The notes under the pieces: model-generated | The model's input: only the letters and a program-made list of their open reading frames with translations | Told to the model about the DNA's origin: nothing | Database searches by the model: none | Translations under genes and position numbers: made by a program | In this document: piece after piece, positions 34,902-44,925 of the stretch | Position numbering within the stretch: the first letter of the stretch is position 1 | Layout of the letters: every line of letters begins with the position of its first letter | Source: Thermofilaceae archaeon | Lineage (GTDB): Archaea; Thermoproteota; Thermoprotei; Thermofilales; Thermofilaceae | Length of the DNA: 64,000 bases | Reading direction: 5' to 3' | NCBI GenBank assembly: GCA_038727095.1 | Contig: JAVYWK010000006.1 | Span: forward strand, 11,235-75,234

Positions 34902-35723
34902 ATGCAACTAGGCGTCTCGACTTATTCCTATTGGCATTTCCGTGGGCCAAAGCTGCCGCTTACAGAGTACCTGAAGGCCGCTCAGGTGGACGGCTTCCAC
35001 GGGGTGGAGGTGCTCGTAAACCACGTGGAATCGAGGGCGCGCAGCTACTTAAAAGAGGTTCGGCGGTGCGCCTTCGAATTAGGCCTCGAAATCTACGCGG
35101 TAGCCTTGCACAACAACTTCGTCAAGCCTGACCCCAGCGAGCGGCAGAGGCAGGTTTCCTACGTGCTGGAGTGGCTTGAAGTCGCGCACGAGCTTGGAGC
35201 CACTGTTGTCAGGATCAACTCGGGGCGTTGGGGGACGATAAGGAGCTTCGACGAGCTAATGAAGGCAAGGGGGATTGAACCTCCGATCGAAGGTTACACG
35301 GAAGATGATGCTATCGACTGGGTGGTAGATTGTATCTACCAGTGCCTTGACAAGGCGCAGGACCTCGGCATCATCCTCGGGCTCGAGAACCACTGGGGTT
35401 TAACCACAAGAGCTGAAACAATGCTGAAGATCGTCAAGAGAATCTCTTCGAGGTGGTTTGGAGTCATAATGGATACAGGCAACTTCATTTACGACACTTA
35501 CAGGGAGCTCGAGATGATAGCTCCTTACACGGTCATGGTTCACGCGAAAACCTACTTCGGGGGCGGAGAGTGGTACACACCTGACCTTGATTACTCGAGG
35601 ATCTTCGGAATCCTAAAGGGGGTCGGCTTCACTGGCTGGGTATCCCTGGAGTACGAGGGTCGCGAAGAAGCGCGAACGGGAGTGCGGAAGAGCAGGGAAC
35701 TTCTACTCACGTTTATGAAATAG
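34902..35723 (+). CDS. Sugar phosphate isomerase/epimerase (xylose isomerase-like TIM barrel)
   Basis: GFHGVE, LGLENHW, MDTGNF, VHAK and SLEYEG metal-binding motifs. Confidence 0.88.
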   Translation: MQLGVSTYSYWHFRGPKLPLTEYLKAAQVDGFHGVEVLVNHVESRARSYLKEVRRCAFELGLEIYAVALHNNFVKPDPSERQRQVSYVLEWLEVAHELGATVVRINSGRWGTIRSFDELMKARGIEPPIEGYTEDDAIDWVVDCIYQCLDKAQDLGIILGLENHWGLTTRAETMLKIVKRISSRWFGVIMDTGNFIYDTYRELEMIAPYTVMVHAKTYFGGGEWYTPDLDYSRIFGILKGVGFTGWVSLEYEGREEARTGVRKSRELLLTFMK

Positions 35724-36758
35724 CAAAGTTTCATCTCCCCTCTCGCTGATATTCACTATTTCTTTCACTGTTAGAAGAGGACGCTCGGGTACGAGCCCGC
35801 CAGGCCTCTTTATCAGAAGAACGATCAGCAGAGCTCCCAGAATCACATAGGACGCGTAGTTAACGTCAAAGGGGATCGGCAACAGGTGCTTAACGAAGAT
35901 CATCGCTCGGTCTATCAGAAGGTAAATCCCGGCACCCACGAGGGGGCTGTAAGGGTTGCCTCGCCCACCCAAAACCACCATTAGCACGACGATGAAAGTC
36001 CTCGAAACTGTGAAATCGTCTGGGTTCACGGCACCCATGTAGAACGCGTATAGAACACCGGCTACAGCAGCCATCGCAGATCCTACGGCGAGCACCCAGG
36101 CTCTCACCTTGGCGACATCTAACCCGTAGGCTTTAGCCGCTATCTCGTCGTCGCGTATGGCCCGCAGTATCCTGCCCAGGGGGGAGGTTGAGATTTTGAA
36201 CGTGAGGAGCCAGATGCCGAACCCCATCGCCAGGGAAACGAGGAAGAGGACAAGTTCCCTCCAGGGGCTCCCTAGCCATGCGAAGGGGTTAACGACGCCG
36301 GCGCCGAAGGTCCCTCCAACTAGAGGTTCGTAGTTGCGAGCTAGGACTCTAACGATCTCGCTGAACGCTATGAGTGTTATCGCCAAGTAGTCCTCCCTCA
36401 GCCTCAAAGCCGGGTAAGTGACAGCTGCACCTAGCAGCGCGGCTAGCGGAACCGCTACAGCGAATGGCAGCGCGAATATCACAAGACCGAGCAACGGGTG
36501 CGAAGCGATCTGCCTAGTGATCAGCGTAGCATAGAAGTAGCTCGTTAGTTTAAACTCGCCCTCTAGCGCTAGCCCCAGTATCAGCGCGCCAACCCTAACA
36601 GACAGTGCCCCAACGGTGAAGGCTCCAAGTGCTAGGAAAGCTGCCTTGGCAAAGGAGGGTAAGCCCAGCTCGCCGTACTCCAGCTCCATCGAGGATGCCA
36701 GGATGAGGTAGATCGAGTAGAGAGTCCCGAAGCTGACGAGAAAGCTTAGGATCTCCAA
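35703..36758 (-). CDS. livM: Branched-chain amino acid ABC transporter permease
   Basis: LRLREDYLAITL, SPLGRILRAIRDDEIAA and VVLGG. Confidence 0.9.
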   Translation of the reverse strand: MEILSFLVSFGTLYSIYLILASSMELEYGELGLPSFAKAAFLALGAFTVGALSVRVGALILGLALEGEFKLTSYFYATLITRQIASHPLLGLVIFALPFAVAVPLAALLGAAVTYPALRLREDYLAITLIAFSEIVRVLARNYEPLVGGTFGAGVVNPFAWLGSPWRELVLFLVSLAMGFGIWLLTFKISTSPLGRILRAIRDDEIAAKAYGLDVAKVRAWVLAVGSAMAAVAGVLYAFYMGAVNPDDFTVSRTFIVVLMVVLGGRGNPYSPLVGAGIYLLIDRAMIFVKHLLPIPFDVNYASYVILGALLIVLLIKRPGGLVPERPLLTVKEIVNISERGDETLLFHKRE

Positions 36759-37663
36759 CTGCCTTTCACCCCGTTACTCCAGAGTATCGACAACCCCCTC
36801 GGTGACAGCATTAGAGTGGCAACGATGGCGGCGAAAACCACGAGGGGTCTGTAAGCGGTGCTTATACCCAATGACGCTAGGAGGTACGAAAAGAGAAGCT
36901 CAGAGGAGCCTATTAGGTACGCTCCTAAAACGCTGCCCAAGAGGCTGCCCACCCCTCCGACTATGACGGATGCGAACATCGAGAGCAGCATCGACCACCC
37001 TGTATCGGGGTTTACGAGAAGGCGAAACGGTAAGAAGACGCCTGCGGTGGCTGCTAAAGCACCGGAAATAAACCAACTGATCGCGAATACCCTCCTCACG
37101 TTAATGCCCAGCACCATGGCCAACTGCTGGTTTTCAATAGTCGCTCTCATTGCGACGCCCAACTTCGTCCTGTAGAGGAGGAGGTACAGCATCACAAGAA
37201 GTACGGATGCAGTCAGGGATGACCCAATAAGCGCTCCTGGGATACTCACTCCACCTACTAGGAGCCTCGCGTCGTTAAACATGAAGTCCCTGCCGTACAC
37301 GTTGAAAGTCCGCTGCAACAGATCTGCGTAGATGTGGAGGGAGTAACGGATGACCATGTCGAGGGCTAGAGAAGCAACCATCAGCGTCACGGGACCTGCA
37401 CCAGCTCTTCTAAGGGGTTCAAAGACCAGTGTGAAGCTTAGCAGAGCAACAAAGCCCCCCACCGCAAACGCCGCGGGTAGGCAGAGGTAGGGGGATAACC
37501 CTAGCGCAGCACTCAGCGTGTACGCGGTGTACACGCCCACCATCGCTAAGTCCCCATGGGCGAAGTTGGAAACCCGGCTAGTCAGAATCGTTAGGCATAG
37601 TCCGATTGATAGCAGCGCTAGGAAGTTACTGTACACTACCGCGCCGATGATCACATCTAGCAT
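36746..37663 (-). CDS. livH: Branched-chain amino acid ABC transporter permease
   Basis: NFAHGD, RTKLGVAMRA...N..LA..LGINV and VIVGG.GS. Confidence 0.9.
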   Translation of the reverse strand: MLDVIIGAVVYSNFLALLSIGLCLTILTSRVSNFAHGDLAMVGVYTAYTLSAALGLSPYLCLPAAFAVGGFVALLSFTLVFEPLRRAGAGPVTLMVASLALDMVIRYSLHIYADLLQRTFNVYGRDFMFNDARLLVGGVSIPGALIGSSLTASVLLVMLYLLLYRTKLGVAMRATIENQQLAMVLGINVRRVFAISWFISGALAATAGVFLPFRLLVNPDTGWSMLLSMFASVIVGGVGSLLGSVLGAYLIGSSELLFSYLLASLGISTAYRPLVVFAAIVATLMLSPRGLSILWSNGVKGSWRS

Positions 37664-38382
37664 CTAGACACCCTCTCCAAACCTAGGTACGTCTTCACGA
37701 GCTCCCTATCCTCAAGCAGCTCGCTAGGGCTTCCCAGGAACTTTATCGTGCCCGAGACCATCAGGAGAGCCCTGTCGCAGACCTCGAGCGCCGCGAGCGC
37801 GTTCTGCTCCACGAGCAGTACGGATACCCCAAGCTCATCCCTCAGGTTCGAGATCCGCGTGATTACCTGCCTAGCCAGTCTAGGCGCTAGCGCAGCAGTC
37901 GGCTCATCAAACATGATCAACATGGGATCACGTAACAGGCACATTGCAAGGGCAACCATCTGCCTCTCCCCACCGCTCAAGGTTTTTACCTTTCTGTTTA
38001 AAAATGTTTTTAATTCCGGTACTAAATCAAAAATTTTATTTAATTTTCCATCTAAATTTGAACTTTTATCATATAGAGCTAGCATTATATTTTCTTTAAC
38101 TGTTAAATTTTCGAATACATTCCCAACCTGCGGTAAGTATGCTAAACCCATCAGCGATCTCAGGTGGGGAGGGGCGCGGGTGATGTCAACGCCTCTGAAG
38201 GTTATTATCCCTGAAAAAATGGTGCACAAACCGAAGATTGCTTTTAGTAGCGTGCTCTTGCCGCTGCCATTCGGGCCTACCACAGCCAGCAATTCACGCT
38301 CTTTCACGTTCATTGAGATATCAGATAAAACCCTAATCTTGCCGTATCCTGCATGCAGCTCGCGGACCTCCAGCGGATACAA
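37657..38382 (-). CDS. livF: Branched-chain amino acid ABC transporter ATP-binding protein
   Basis: GPNGSGKS, LSGGERQM, FDEPTAALAP and LVEQN. Confidence 0.92.
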   Translation of the reverse strand: MYPLEVRELHAGYGKIRVLSDISMNVKERELLAVVGPNGSGKSTLLKAIFGLCTIFSGIITFRGVDITRAPPHLRSLMGLAYLPQVGNVFENLTVKENIMLALYDKSSNLDGKLNKIFDLVPELKTFLNRKVKTLSGGERQMVALAMCLLRDPMLIMFDEPTAALAPRLARQVITRISNLRDELGVSVLLVEQNALAALEVCDRALLMVSGTIKFLGSPSELLEDRELVKTYLGLERVSRC

Positions 38383-38384
38383 TG

Positions 38385-39134
38385 TTACTCACCCAGGTAA
38401 GCCTTCCTTACCTCAGCGTGCTCGAGCACTTCCTCGGGCCCCCCCTCTGCGATCACACGTCCGTTGTGCATAACGTAGACGAAATCCGCCTGCTTTAGGG
38501 CCAAGTCGAGTCTGTGCTCGACCATTAACACCGTAAGACCCAATCTTCTTCGGAGCTCTGCAATGCGATCCATAATCTCCATGGCTAGCGTCGGGTTCAC
38601 ACCGGCGAGAGGCTCATCCAGCAGTAGCAGCTTTGGTTCACCCATGAGAGCTCTGGCCAGCTCGAGAAGCTTCATCTGCCCACCGCTCAGGGAGGAAGCT
38701 GGCTTATCCCAGGCCCGCTCGAGCGATAAGAGCTTGAGGACCTCAAACGCCTTATCTACGAGTCCCCTCTCGCTGCGCCTGAATGCAAGCTTGAAAAAAT
38801 CATCTACGCCGCGGTATGAAGCGATTAGGACGTTCTCCAGAACGCTCAAGGATGGGAAAAGGTGGGGGATCTGGAATGTTGTTACGATCCCCAGCTCGAA
38901 TCGCTTGTGAGGAGGTAAGCGTGTTACATTTCTACCTTCGAAGAAGATTGTTCCGCTCTCAGGCTCAAGAAGCCCTCCGGCAACCTGGATGAACGTGGTC
39001 TTGCCACTACCGTTAGGGCCTATGAGCAGGGTTAACGTCCCTCTATCGACTGTTAGCGTCACGTTATCTAGCGCTCTAACTTGACCAAACCTCTTTGAGA
39101 TACCATTTGCAAGAAAAAGACCGTTCAAGTTCAT
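38385..39134 (-). CDS. livG: Branched-chain amino acid ABC transporter ATP-binding protein
   Basis: GPNGSGKT, LSGGQMKLLE, LLDEPLAGVNP, VEH and V..AYLG. Confidence 0.92.
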   Translation of the reverse strand: MNLNGLFLANGISKRFGQVRALDNVTLTVDRGTLTLLIGPNGSGKTTFIQVAGGLLEPESGTIFFEGRNVTRLPPHKRFELGIVTTFQIPHLFPSLSVLENVLIASYRGVDDFFKLAFRRSERGLVDKAFEVLKLLSLERAWDKPASSLSGGQMKLLELARALMGEPKLLLLDEPLAGVNPTLAMEIMDRIAELRRRLGLTVLMVEHRLDLALKQADFVYVMHNGRVIAEGGPEEVLEHAEVRKAYLGE

Positions 39135-39160
39135 GGTGCTTACCCTACGTACCTGAGCGT

Positions 39161-40417
39161 TTAACCTCCAGCGGGTGTCACAGCATCAGTGTCGATACTG
39201 TATACAGCAACAAGGCGCCAAGCGTACTCATTACCCTCCCTTAGTAGCTGGAAGATGCCGTAGTCACCAGCCTTCCTGTCACCGTTTTCGTCTAAGCTGA
39301 TTGTCCCGGTAACACCGTAGTACCGATTCGCCACTAAAGGTAGAAGTTCTGCCAACTTCTCTCCATCATAGTCGCCCGAGAGCATGATGGACAGGGCAAT
39401 CAACCATACAGCATCGCAAGAGTTTAGGGAGTAGCTGTCAGGATCCTCACCGTAGAGCTGACGATACCTCGCCTTGAAAGTCTCTTGAATCGGATTGGCT
39501 GAAGGAACGTATACTGTGGATGGTAAGCCGCCTAGCAAGACCGCTTCGGCGCCCGCCTCCGAGGCTAGCTTACTGTTAAGAGCAAGACCATCGGTTCCAA
39601 ACCACTTGAGCTTCGAAAGGATAGGGTTCCCTGCTGCTAGCTTGATTATCTGAATACCCTCTTCGAAGGATATCAAGAGTACCGCGGTGCTCGGGCCGAG
39701 TCGTTGTGCGAGCTCGGCTGTACGAGCTACTTCTGCTGAGAACTCCTTAGCGCTCACATCATAGGCTAAACCCTCGATTTTACCTCCTAATGCCTCAAAG
39801 TTGGATTTGAAGTTCTCAAACAACCCTTTCCCCCAAGCATCATTCCGGTAGATAACAATCGCATTCTTGAAACCGCTAGTGTAAATGAACTTTGCTAAAG
39901 CTTTACCCTGGTAGCTGTCGGGCGGAACCACTCTGTAGACGTAATCTCCCGGTATGGCGAGAGCTACAGCCGTCGAAGATTGACTAACAACCAGAAGCTT
40001 ATTGGCATCCGCAAACGGTTTAACCTGGCTCACTTCCCTGCTCGACATTGGGCCAATGAAGGCTTTTACACCTTGAGCTGCAAGGGCTTCTATCCTAGAT
40101 CTTGCAGCTTCGGGATCAGTACCAGTATCCTCGAATAGCACTTGAAAACGGAACCTGCTACCCATCTTCTCGGCAAAACGATTAACGTCCTCAATGGCTA
40201 GCTGGATAGCGTTACGGTTACGCGCACCAAAGGTGGCTAGATCCCCGCTGAGGGGTAGTAAGGCCCCTATCTTAATCGTCGTTACTTCCTGTGCACCGCC
40301 TGCGACGAGAAAACGGGAGAAGTACCCAGCCGCAAAGCTAGCTGCTATAGCAGCAATTAACACAGCAATGTAGATAATTCTACCTTTTTTTCGCGTTACT
40401 TGAGTACCTTCCGTCAC
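39161..40417 (-). CDS. livK: Branched-chain amino acid ABC transporter substrate-binding protein
   Basis: IKIGALLPLSG, IGPMSS, RVVPPD..QG and GVTG.I..DENGDR; N-terminal TM anchor; likely start GTG 40417. Confidence 0.88.
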   Translation of the reverse strand: MTEGTQVTRKKGRIIYIAVLIAAIAASFAAGYFSRFLVAGGAQEVTTIKIGALLPLSGDLATFGARNRNAIQLAIEDVNRFAEKMGSRFRFQVLFEDTGTDPEAARSRIEALAAQGVKAFIGPMSSREVSQVKPFADANKLLVVSQSSTAVALAIPGDYVYRVVPPDSYQGKALAKFIYTSGFKNAIVIYRNDAWGKGLFENFKSNFEALGGKIEGLAYDVSAKEFSAEVARTAELAQRLGPSTAVLLISFEEGIQIIKLAAGNPILSKLKWFGTDGLALNSKLASEAGAEAVLLGGLPSTVYVPSANPIQETFKARYRQLYGEDPDSYSLNSCDAVWLIALSIMLSGDYDGEKLAELLPLVANRYYGVTGTISLDENGDRKAGDYGIFQLLREGNEYAWRLVAVYSIDTDAVTPAGG

Positions 40418-40707
40418 AGAGGTGTATCTTTCGATAGTCCTTAAAAGTCTTTTTCTTCTTTCGTCCAATCCTGCAGCTACTTAAAGATTTTTCATATAAA
40501 AACATTGTCTTAGCATATTATATGTTCTAAAACATGAGAAAACATGAATATACACAGCAGTACATTTAGGTGATAACAGTTATATCTAGACTGTACTCTC
40601 ATGGTCATGTGCATCGTTGCAGTTACTAAGCTTCCCAATGCTCAGGTGCAGGTAACTCCTTAGCGGCAGTAGATCACTTAAAACTGTGGCGAAAGATTGA
40701 TTAAGAA

Positions 40708-41973
40708 ATGGCTTTGATGAGCTCCATGATGGAGAAAATCGGTGTAGCTCTGGTTGGTGCCGGGTTCGCAGCTAAATTTCACGTGAGAGGGTGGGTGGGC
40801 GTAAGGGGGGCTGATGTTACGGCTGTTTACAGCAGAACTGAGGCGCGGGCAAGGGAGCTGGCCTCATTGGTTGAACAGCTTGGTGTGGGTAGACCGAAAG
40901 TCTATACAGATATTTACGAGATGCTCGGCGACAAGAACGTCAATGCGGTCTGGATTCTTACGCCTAACTACGCAAGGCTCGACGTTGTAAAAGCCGTGGC
41001 TGAGGAAGCGAAGCAGGGCAAGGGCAATCTCGTAGGTGTAGCCTGTGAGAAACCTCTCGCGCGCAATGTTCAAGAGGCGCGGGAAATGATCAAACTGGTT
41101 GAGAAGGCCGGGCTCCTACACGGCTACCTGGAGAACCAGGTTTTCATGCCCTCAGTCACGAGGGGGAAGGAGGTTGTCTGGAGGTTCGGTGCCAAGTACA
41201 GCGGTAGACCTTACCTGGCTAGAGCAGCGGAGGAGCACGGAGGACCTCACGCTCCATGGTTCTGGAAGCCCACTCAGTCGGGTGGAGGCGTGCTCCTCGA
41301 CATGATGTGCCACAGCCTTGAAGCTTCAAGGTACGTGCTCTGGGATCCTGAGCGGGGGAAAGGCAGCATCAAGCCGCGGAAGGTTTGGGGCGATATTGCC
41401 TCGCTCAAGTGGACCAGGAAGGGCTACGTTGAGAGGTTGAAGCAGAGCTACGGCGTCGACTACTCCGTCGAACCCGCTGAAGACTACGCGACAGCCGTCG
41501 TCGTGTACGAGGATGAGGAGGGGAATGTGGCTTTAACCGAGACGCATACCTCCTGGTCATTCATAGGGGCGGGTTTAAGGCTTACCTTCGAAGTGCTCGG
41601 ACCTGAATACTCACTCTGGATCAACACACTTCAACCGGAGCTCTTCACCTTCTTCAGCAGGCACGTGAAGATCCCGCCCAGCGAAGAGTTTGTTGAGAAG
41701 CAGAACGCGGATCAAGGCTTGATGCCTGTGATACCCGATGAGGCAGTCACGTACGGCTACCAAGCTGAGGATCGCTACATGGTGGAGTGCTTCCTAAGGG
41801 GCGTGCAGCCAATCGAGAACTGGTACGACGGCCTCCTCGTTATGCAGCTAATGATGCTCGCCTATCTCAGCGCCGAAAAAGGGCAGAAGTTTAGCTTTGA
41901 TCCGTCCCTCGTCGAGAACTACGTACCTCCGGTGCAGAAGGGAACCTGGAATCCAAGGTCCCTGCTCCTTTGA
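40708..41973 (+). CDS. Gfo/Idh/MocA family NAD(P)-dependent oxidoreductase
   Basis: VGAGFAA, CEKPLA and SGGGVLLDMMCH. Confidence 0.9.
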   Translation: MALMSSMMEKIGVALVGAGFAAKFHVRGWVGVRGADVTAVYSRTEARARELASLVEQLGVGRPKVYTDIYEMLGDKNVNAVWILTPNYARLDVVKAVAEEAKQGKGNLVGVACEKPLARNVQEAREMIKLVEKAGLLHGYLENQVFMPSVTRGKEVVWRFGAKYSGRPYLARAAEEHGGPHAPWFWKPTQSGGGVLLDMMCHSLEASRYVLWDPERGKGSIKPRKVWGDIASLKWTRKGYVERLKQSYGVDYSVEPAEDYATAVVVYEDEEGNVALTETHTSWSFIGAGLRLTFEVLGPEYSLWINTLQPELFTFFSRHVKIPPSEEFVEKQNADQGLMPVIPDEAVTYGYQAEDRYMVECFLRGVQPIENWYDGLLVMQLMMLAYLSAEKGQKFSFDPSLVENYVPPVQKGTWNPRSLLL

Positions 41974-42854
41974 ACTCAGGATACTCGGATACGCAACAGT
42001 CTTTTTCTAAGCTTGGCTTTAACCGTGTGCGCGCGTGCTTAGCGTATAGTGTCAATGATCCCGCTGGCTCAGGCATCGCAAAGGCCATACTTACGCTAGT
42101 TGAGTATGTGTCAATGAAGCTTCCGTTGGCTTCAGAATCTTACGAAATCCCACGCTTAAACGCCGTCCTTGCCGGCTTCAACGAGGATGTTCTCTACTTT
42201 GAGTTCCTCGACGAAGTATGCCTCGCGGACTTCTACTTGGTGCTCTCGCGTCACTCAAGCGAAGCTGGTGTCAAGTCCTTCACTGTCCACCATCCCGGAA
42301 ACCCGATGAGAACCGCCGTAGCGGGTGGTAGACCCCTGGAATTACCACCTTCCAACCCACTGCTGTCTAGGCGTCTCTTAGTCTCCCTAGCCAGGAGGGT
42401 GGAGAGGATGCCAGGTTTCGTTGTTTCATACGAGGTAACCCACCACGGCCCCTCCTCCCTGCGGAAGCCAGTAACGTTCGTGGAGATAGGCAGTAGCATG
42501 AGTGAGTGGGTTCTCCGCGAGGCACACTCGCTTGTGGCGGAGGCAGTATTAGATGCCCTGACCAGCCCGGAAGAGCTTTGCACTATAGCCGTTGGGGTCG
42601 GGGGCAACCATTATGCCCCGATTTTCACTAGGCGTGCGCTAGAGGGGCGTGAAGCTTATGGCCACATGATAGCTAGCTACGCTCTCAAGGATCTGGACGA
42701 CCCCGAGCTTGTGCAGAAGGTCGTACGAGAAGCTTGCATTAAGAGTTCTGTGCCGACGAACAAGCTAGTGGTGGAAAAGAAGCTCAAACGATCTTGGCGC
42801 GACGCTCTAGAAAAGATAGCCACAGAGCTCAACCTTCAGGTCGAGTACGTCTAG
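41970..42854 (+). CDS. dtdA: D-aminoacyl-tRNA deacylase (archaeal DTD2)
   Basis: DPAG, SRHSS, TVH.PGN, EVTHHGP, FVEIGS and GGNHYAP; the true start is probably slightly downstream. Confidence 0.92.
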   Translation: MNSGYSDTQQSFSKLGFNRVRACLAYSVNDPAGSGIAKAILTLVEYVSMKLPLASESYEIPRLNAVLAGFNEDVLYFEFLDEVCLADFYLVLSRHSSEAGVKSFTVHHPGNPMRTAVAGGRPLELPPSNPLLSRRLLVSLARRVERMPGFVVSYEVTHHGPSSLRKPVTFVEIGSSMSEWVLREAHSLVAEAVLDALTSPEELCTIAVGVGGNHYAPIFTRRALEGREAYGHMIASYALKDLDDPELVQKVVREACIKSSVPTNKLVVEKKLKRSWRDALEKIATELNLQVEYV

Positions 42855-42888
42855 TCATCTTTTTTAAATAAGGTAGGGTGGGAGGATC

Positions 42889-43617
42889 GTGTACCTTAAA
42901 GTGGATTTTGGGGAAAGGGGGGACGTGGCCGTCTGGGTAGACAGCGATCTGAAGGGTTTACCATTAGACAGCGTCGCAAGGCGGTGGAGGCACGAGATCT
43001 ACTTCGAAGCTCCGCTTGACGTACAAGGGGAGGGGGTGGTTATTGCGGAAAGAGGCATGTTCGCCTATTGGAGGCAAGGTCGAGCTCTCTGCATATTTCA
43101 CGGGTTTAGTCAGCCCTACGCTCCAGTCGTGAAGATGGGATTCGTAGTTGGAAGCCCCGATGTTTTGTACGCGGTTGAGGACGGAACCCCAGTTCGCATC
43201 AGCGAGCATGTGGATTACGGGAGGGAGGGCGAGATCGCTAACGCCTTGAGAAGCAGGGGCCTAAAGGCAGCGTCCCACTCCTGGGAGGGCGAGGAACGAG
43301 TGGGCGTATTGGTCGAAGGCGCGGAAGCTCGTTTAGGGGTGGAAGTGTTCGTGGAGGATGAAGGATTCTACGCCGAAACGCAGACGCTGGCCTTCTTCGA
43401 TCAAAGCCCCTCCACGCTTGCCTTCTACCGGATGCTGAAGCGCGAGCTAGCACCCACTGGCATAAGACCCGATGTGAACGATGAGGGGTTCATTGTTCTG
43501 ACCTGCTGCCCGAGCAGTATCGAAGAGCTAGCTAGGGACCTCAAGCGCCTGCTGTCAGCTTACATCTACGCTGAGAAAACGATGGAGACGTTCTACGCTG
43601 TGCGTAGACCGGCGTGA
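42889..43617 (+). CDS. Cyclophilin-like fold (DUF369-like) protein with extra C-terminal domain
   Basis: LPL.S.ARRW..EIYF...G.FAYW..G.ALCIF.G pattern. Confidence 0.65.
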   Translation: MYLKVDFGERGDVAVWVDSDLKGLPLDSVARRWRHEIYFEAPLDVQGEGVVIAERGMFAYWRQGRALCIFHGFSQPYAPVVKMGFVVGSPDVLYAVEDGTPVRISEHVDYGREGEIANALRSRGLKAASHSWEGEERVGVLVEGAEARLGVEVFVEDEGFYAETQTLAFFDQSPSTLAFYRMLKRELAPTGIRPDVNDEGFIVLTCCPSSIEELARDLKRLLSAYIYAEKTMETFYAVRRPA

Positions 43618-44492
43618 GTGACAGTTAACGGGAGCCTGGGCTTAAAACTCTCGTCAAGGTCGACGTACCCGATCATTTGCACTTCAAGTTCCACTCTGCC
43701 TTCTTCCCTTGCTATCGCTATCCTTTTCAAGAGGTCATACGGGTCGCTAGCGTCGAATAGCGCGTATCCTGCCAAACAGTTAAGCCTCGGCATGAGAATG
43801 TACACATGGCGGGCCCTCAACAGTGTGGATAACCACTCCTCAGAGGGGGCCTTAACTTCGGCGAAGAGAAGCGGTTTGGCATGCATTTTCTCCGGGTGAA
43901 AGTCTACTAGGACCTGAAGGATTTTTCTAACGTGAAACCTGTAGTGGTAGGATAACCGGCTCTTACTAACAGTAGGTGTGCTTTCTGTCACGTGGGCGAA
44001 AAGATCCTCGTAAAGATTGAGCATAATCACCCAATCCTCGTAATCTGGTTCTAGCTTGGGTGCTCTCGGCAGCAAGGTACCTCGATTGGGCCTTAGATCA
44101 ACTATATCGTACCACGGTGCTGTAGTGTAAATGTCGAAGAGCTCCTCTACCACCGCCCCTCGAAGCTTCATGTAGCCTAGAAAAACGCTAAGGTTTCGAG
44201 GGATAAGGTAGATGCCCGCTTCGAGGATGCCCCCGCTGAAACGGTAGATCTTCAAACGACAGACCAAAAAACCATTATCGGGGGGTTGGTAGCCACAGAA
44301 CGCGATAAAGACCCTTCCTAGCGAAGAAAGGAAGGGATAGCCCCTCAGCTTAACCCCAGCGCGCTTCAACTTCCCTAAAACTTCATAGACGTACTGCTTC
44401 GATACGCCAGCAAGCTTAGCGGCTTCTGACACATCACCTCTTGCTTCCACGAGCGCGGCTAAGATTCTAGTCTTGCTCTCCGTCAGCACCAC
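43593..44492 (-). CDS. HTH transcription regulator-like protein (tandem Lrp/AsnC-like)
   Basis: N-terminal HTH VSEAAKLAGVSKQYVYEVL and a second degenerate HTH (VSKSRLSYH). Confidence 0.6.
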   Translation of the reverse strand: MVLTESKTRILAALVEARGDVSEAAKLAGVSKQYVYEVLGKLKRAGVKLRGYPFLSSLGRVFIAFCGYQPPDNGFLVCRLKIYRFSGGILEAGIYLIPRNLSVFLGYMKLRGAVVEELFDIYTTAPWYDIVDLRPNRGTLLPRAPKLEPDYEDWVIMLNLYEDLFAHVTESTPTVSKSRLSYHYRFHVRKILQVLVDFHPEKMHAKPLLFAEVKAPSEEWLSTLLRARHVYILMPRLNCLAGYALFDASDPYDLLKRIAIAREEGRVELEVQMIGYVDLDESFKPRLPLTVTHAGLRTA

Positions 44493-44574
44493 TCCGAAAA
44501 CCCCAACCCTGTGATTAACGTATCGCTTTTCCGCACACGAAACAGTTTAATACCGTAGATAAGCTCGCACCTTC

Positions 44575-44925
44575 ATGAGCCAGGAGGAGATGTTCGACAA
44601 GTACGATAAGTTCGTGCTTGCCGGTATACAGCGAGAGTACTTCGGCAGCCTACTGTTCTCACGGGGAGCATTAACTCAGCACGAGTTCGTCGCTCGCATG
44701 ATCGCTGAACTAACAGGCGCGCCCCAGGGGACGAGAGCTTACGAGGAGCTTGTCGCAAGACTAACGCAATCTGTGAAGAAGCTTGCCGAGTGGGGGCTTC
44801 TCGACCTTAAGGAGTACGAAGTTAAACTCACGGACTGGGGCCTTAGCGTTGCAGGCTCAGTCGGCAGCGAAGAATACCAGAAGATAAAGGACGATTTGGC
44901 GAAGGCAGCTGGCCGCAGGAAGTAA
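44575..44925 (+). CDS. Hypothetical winged-helix-like protein
   Basis: VKKLAEWGLL....VKLTDWG wing pattern; TATA upstream. Confidence 0.6.
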   Translation: MSQEEMFDKYDKFVLAGIQREYFGSLLFSRGALTQHEFVARMIAELTGAPQGTRAYEELVARLTQSVKKLAEWGLLDLKEYEVKLTDWGLSVAGSVGSEEYQKIKDDLAKAAGRRK

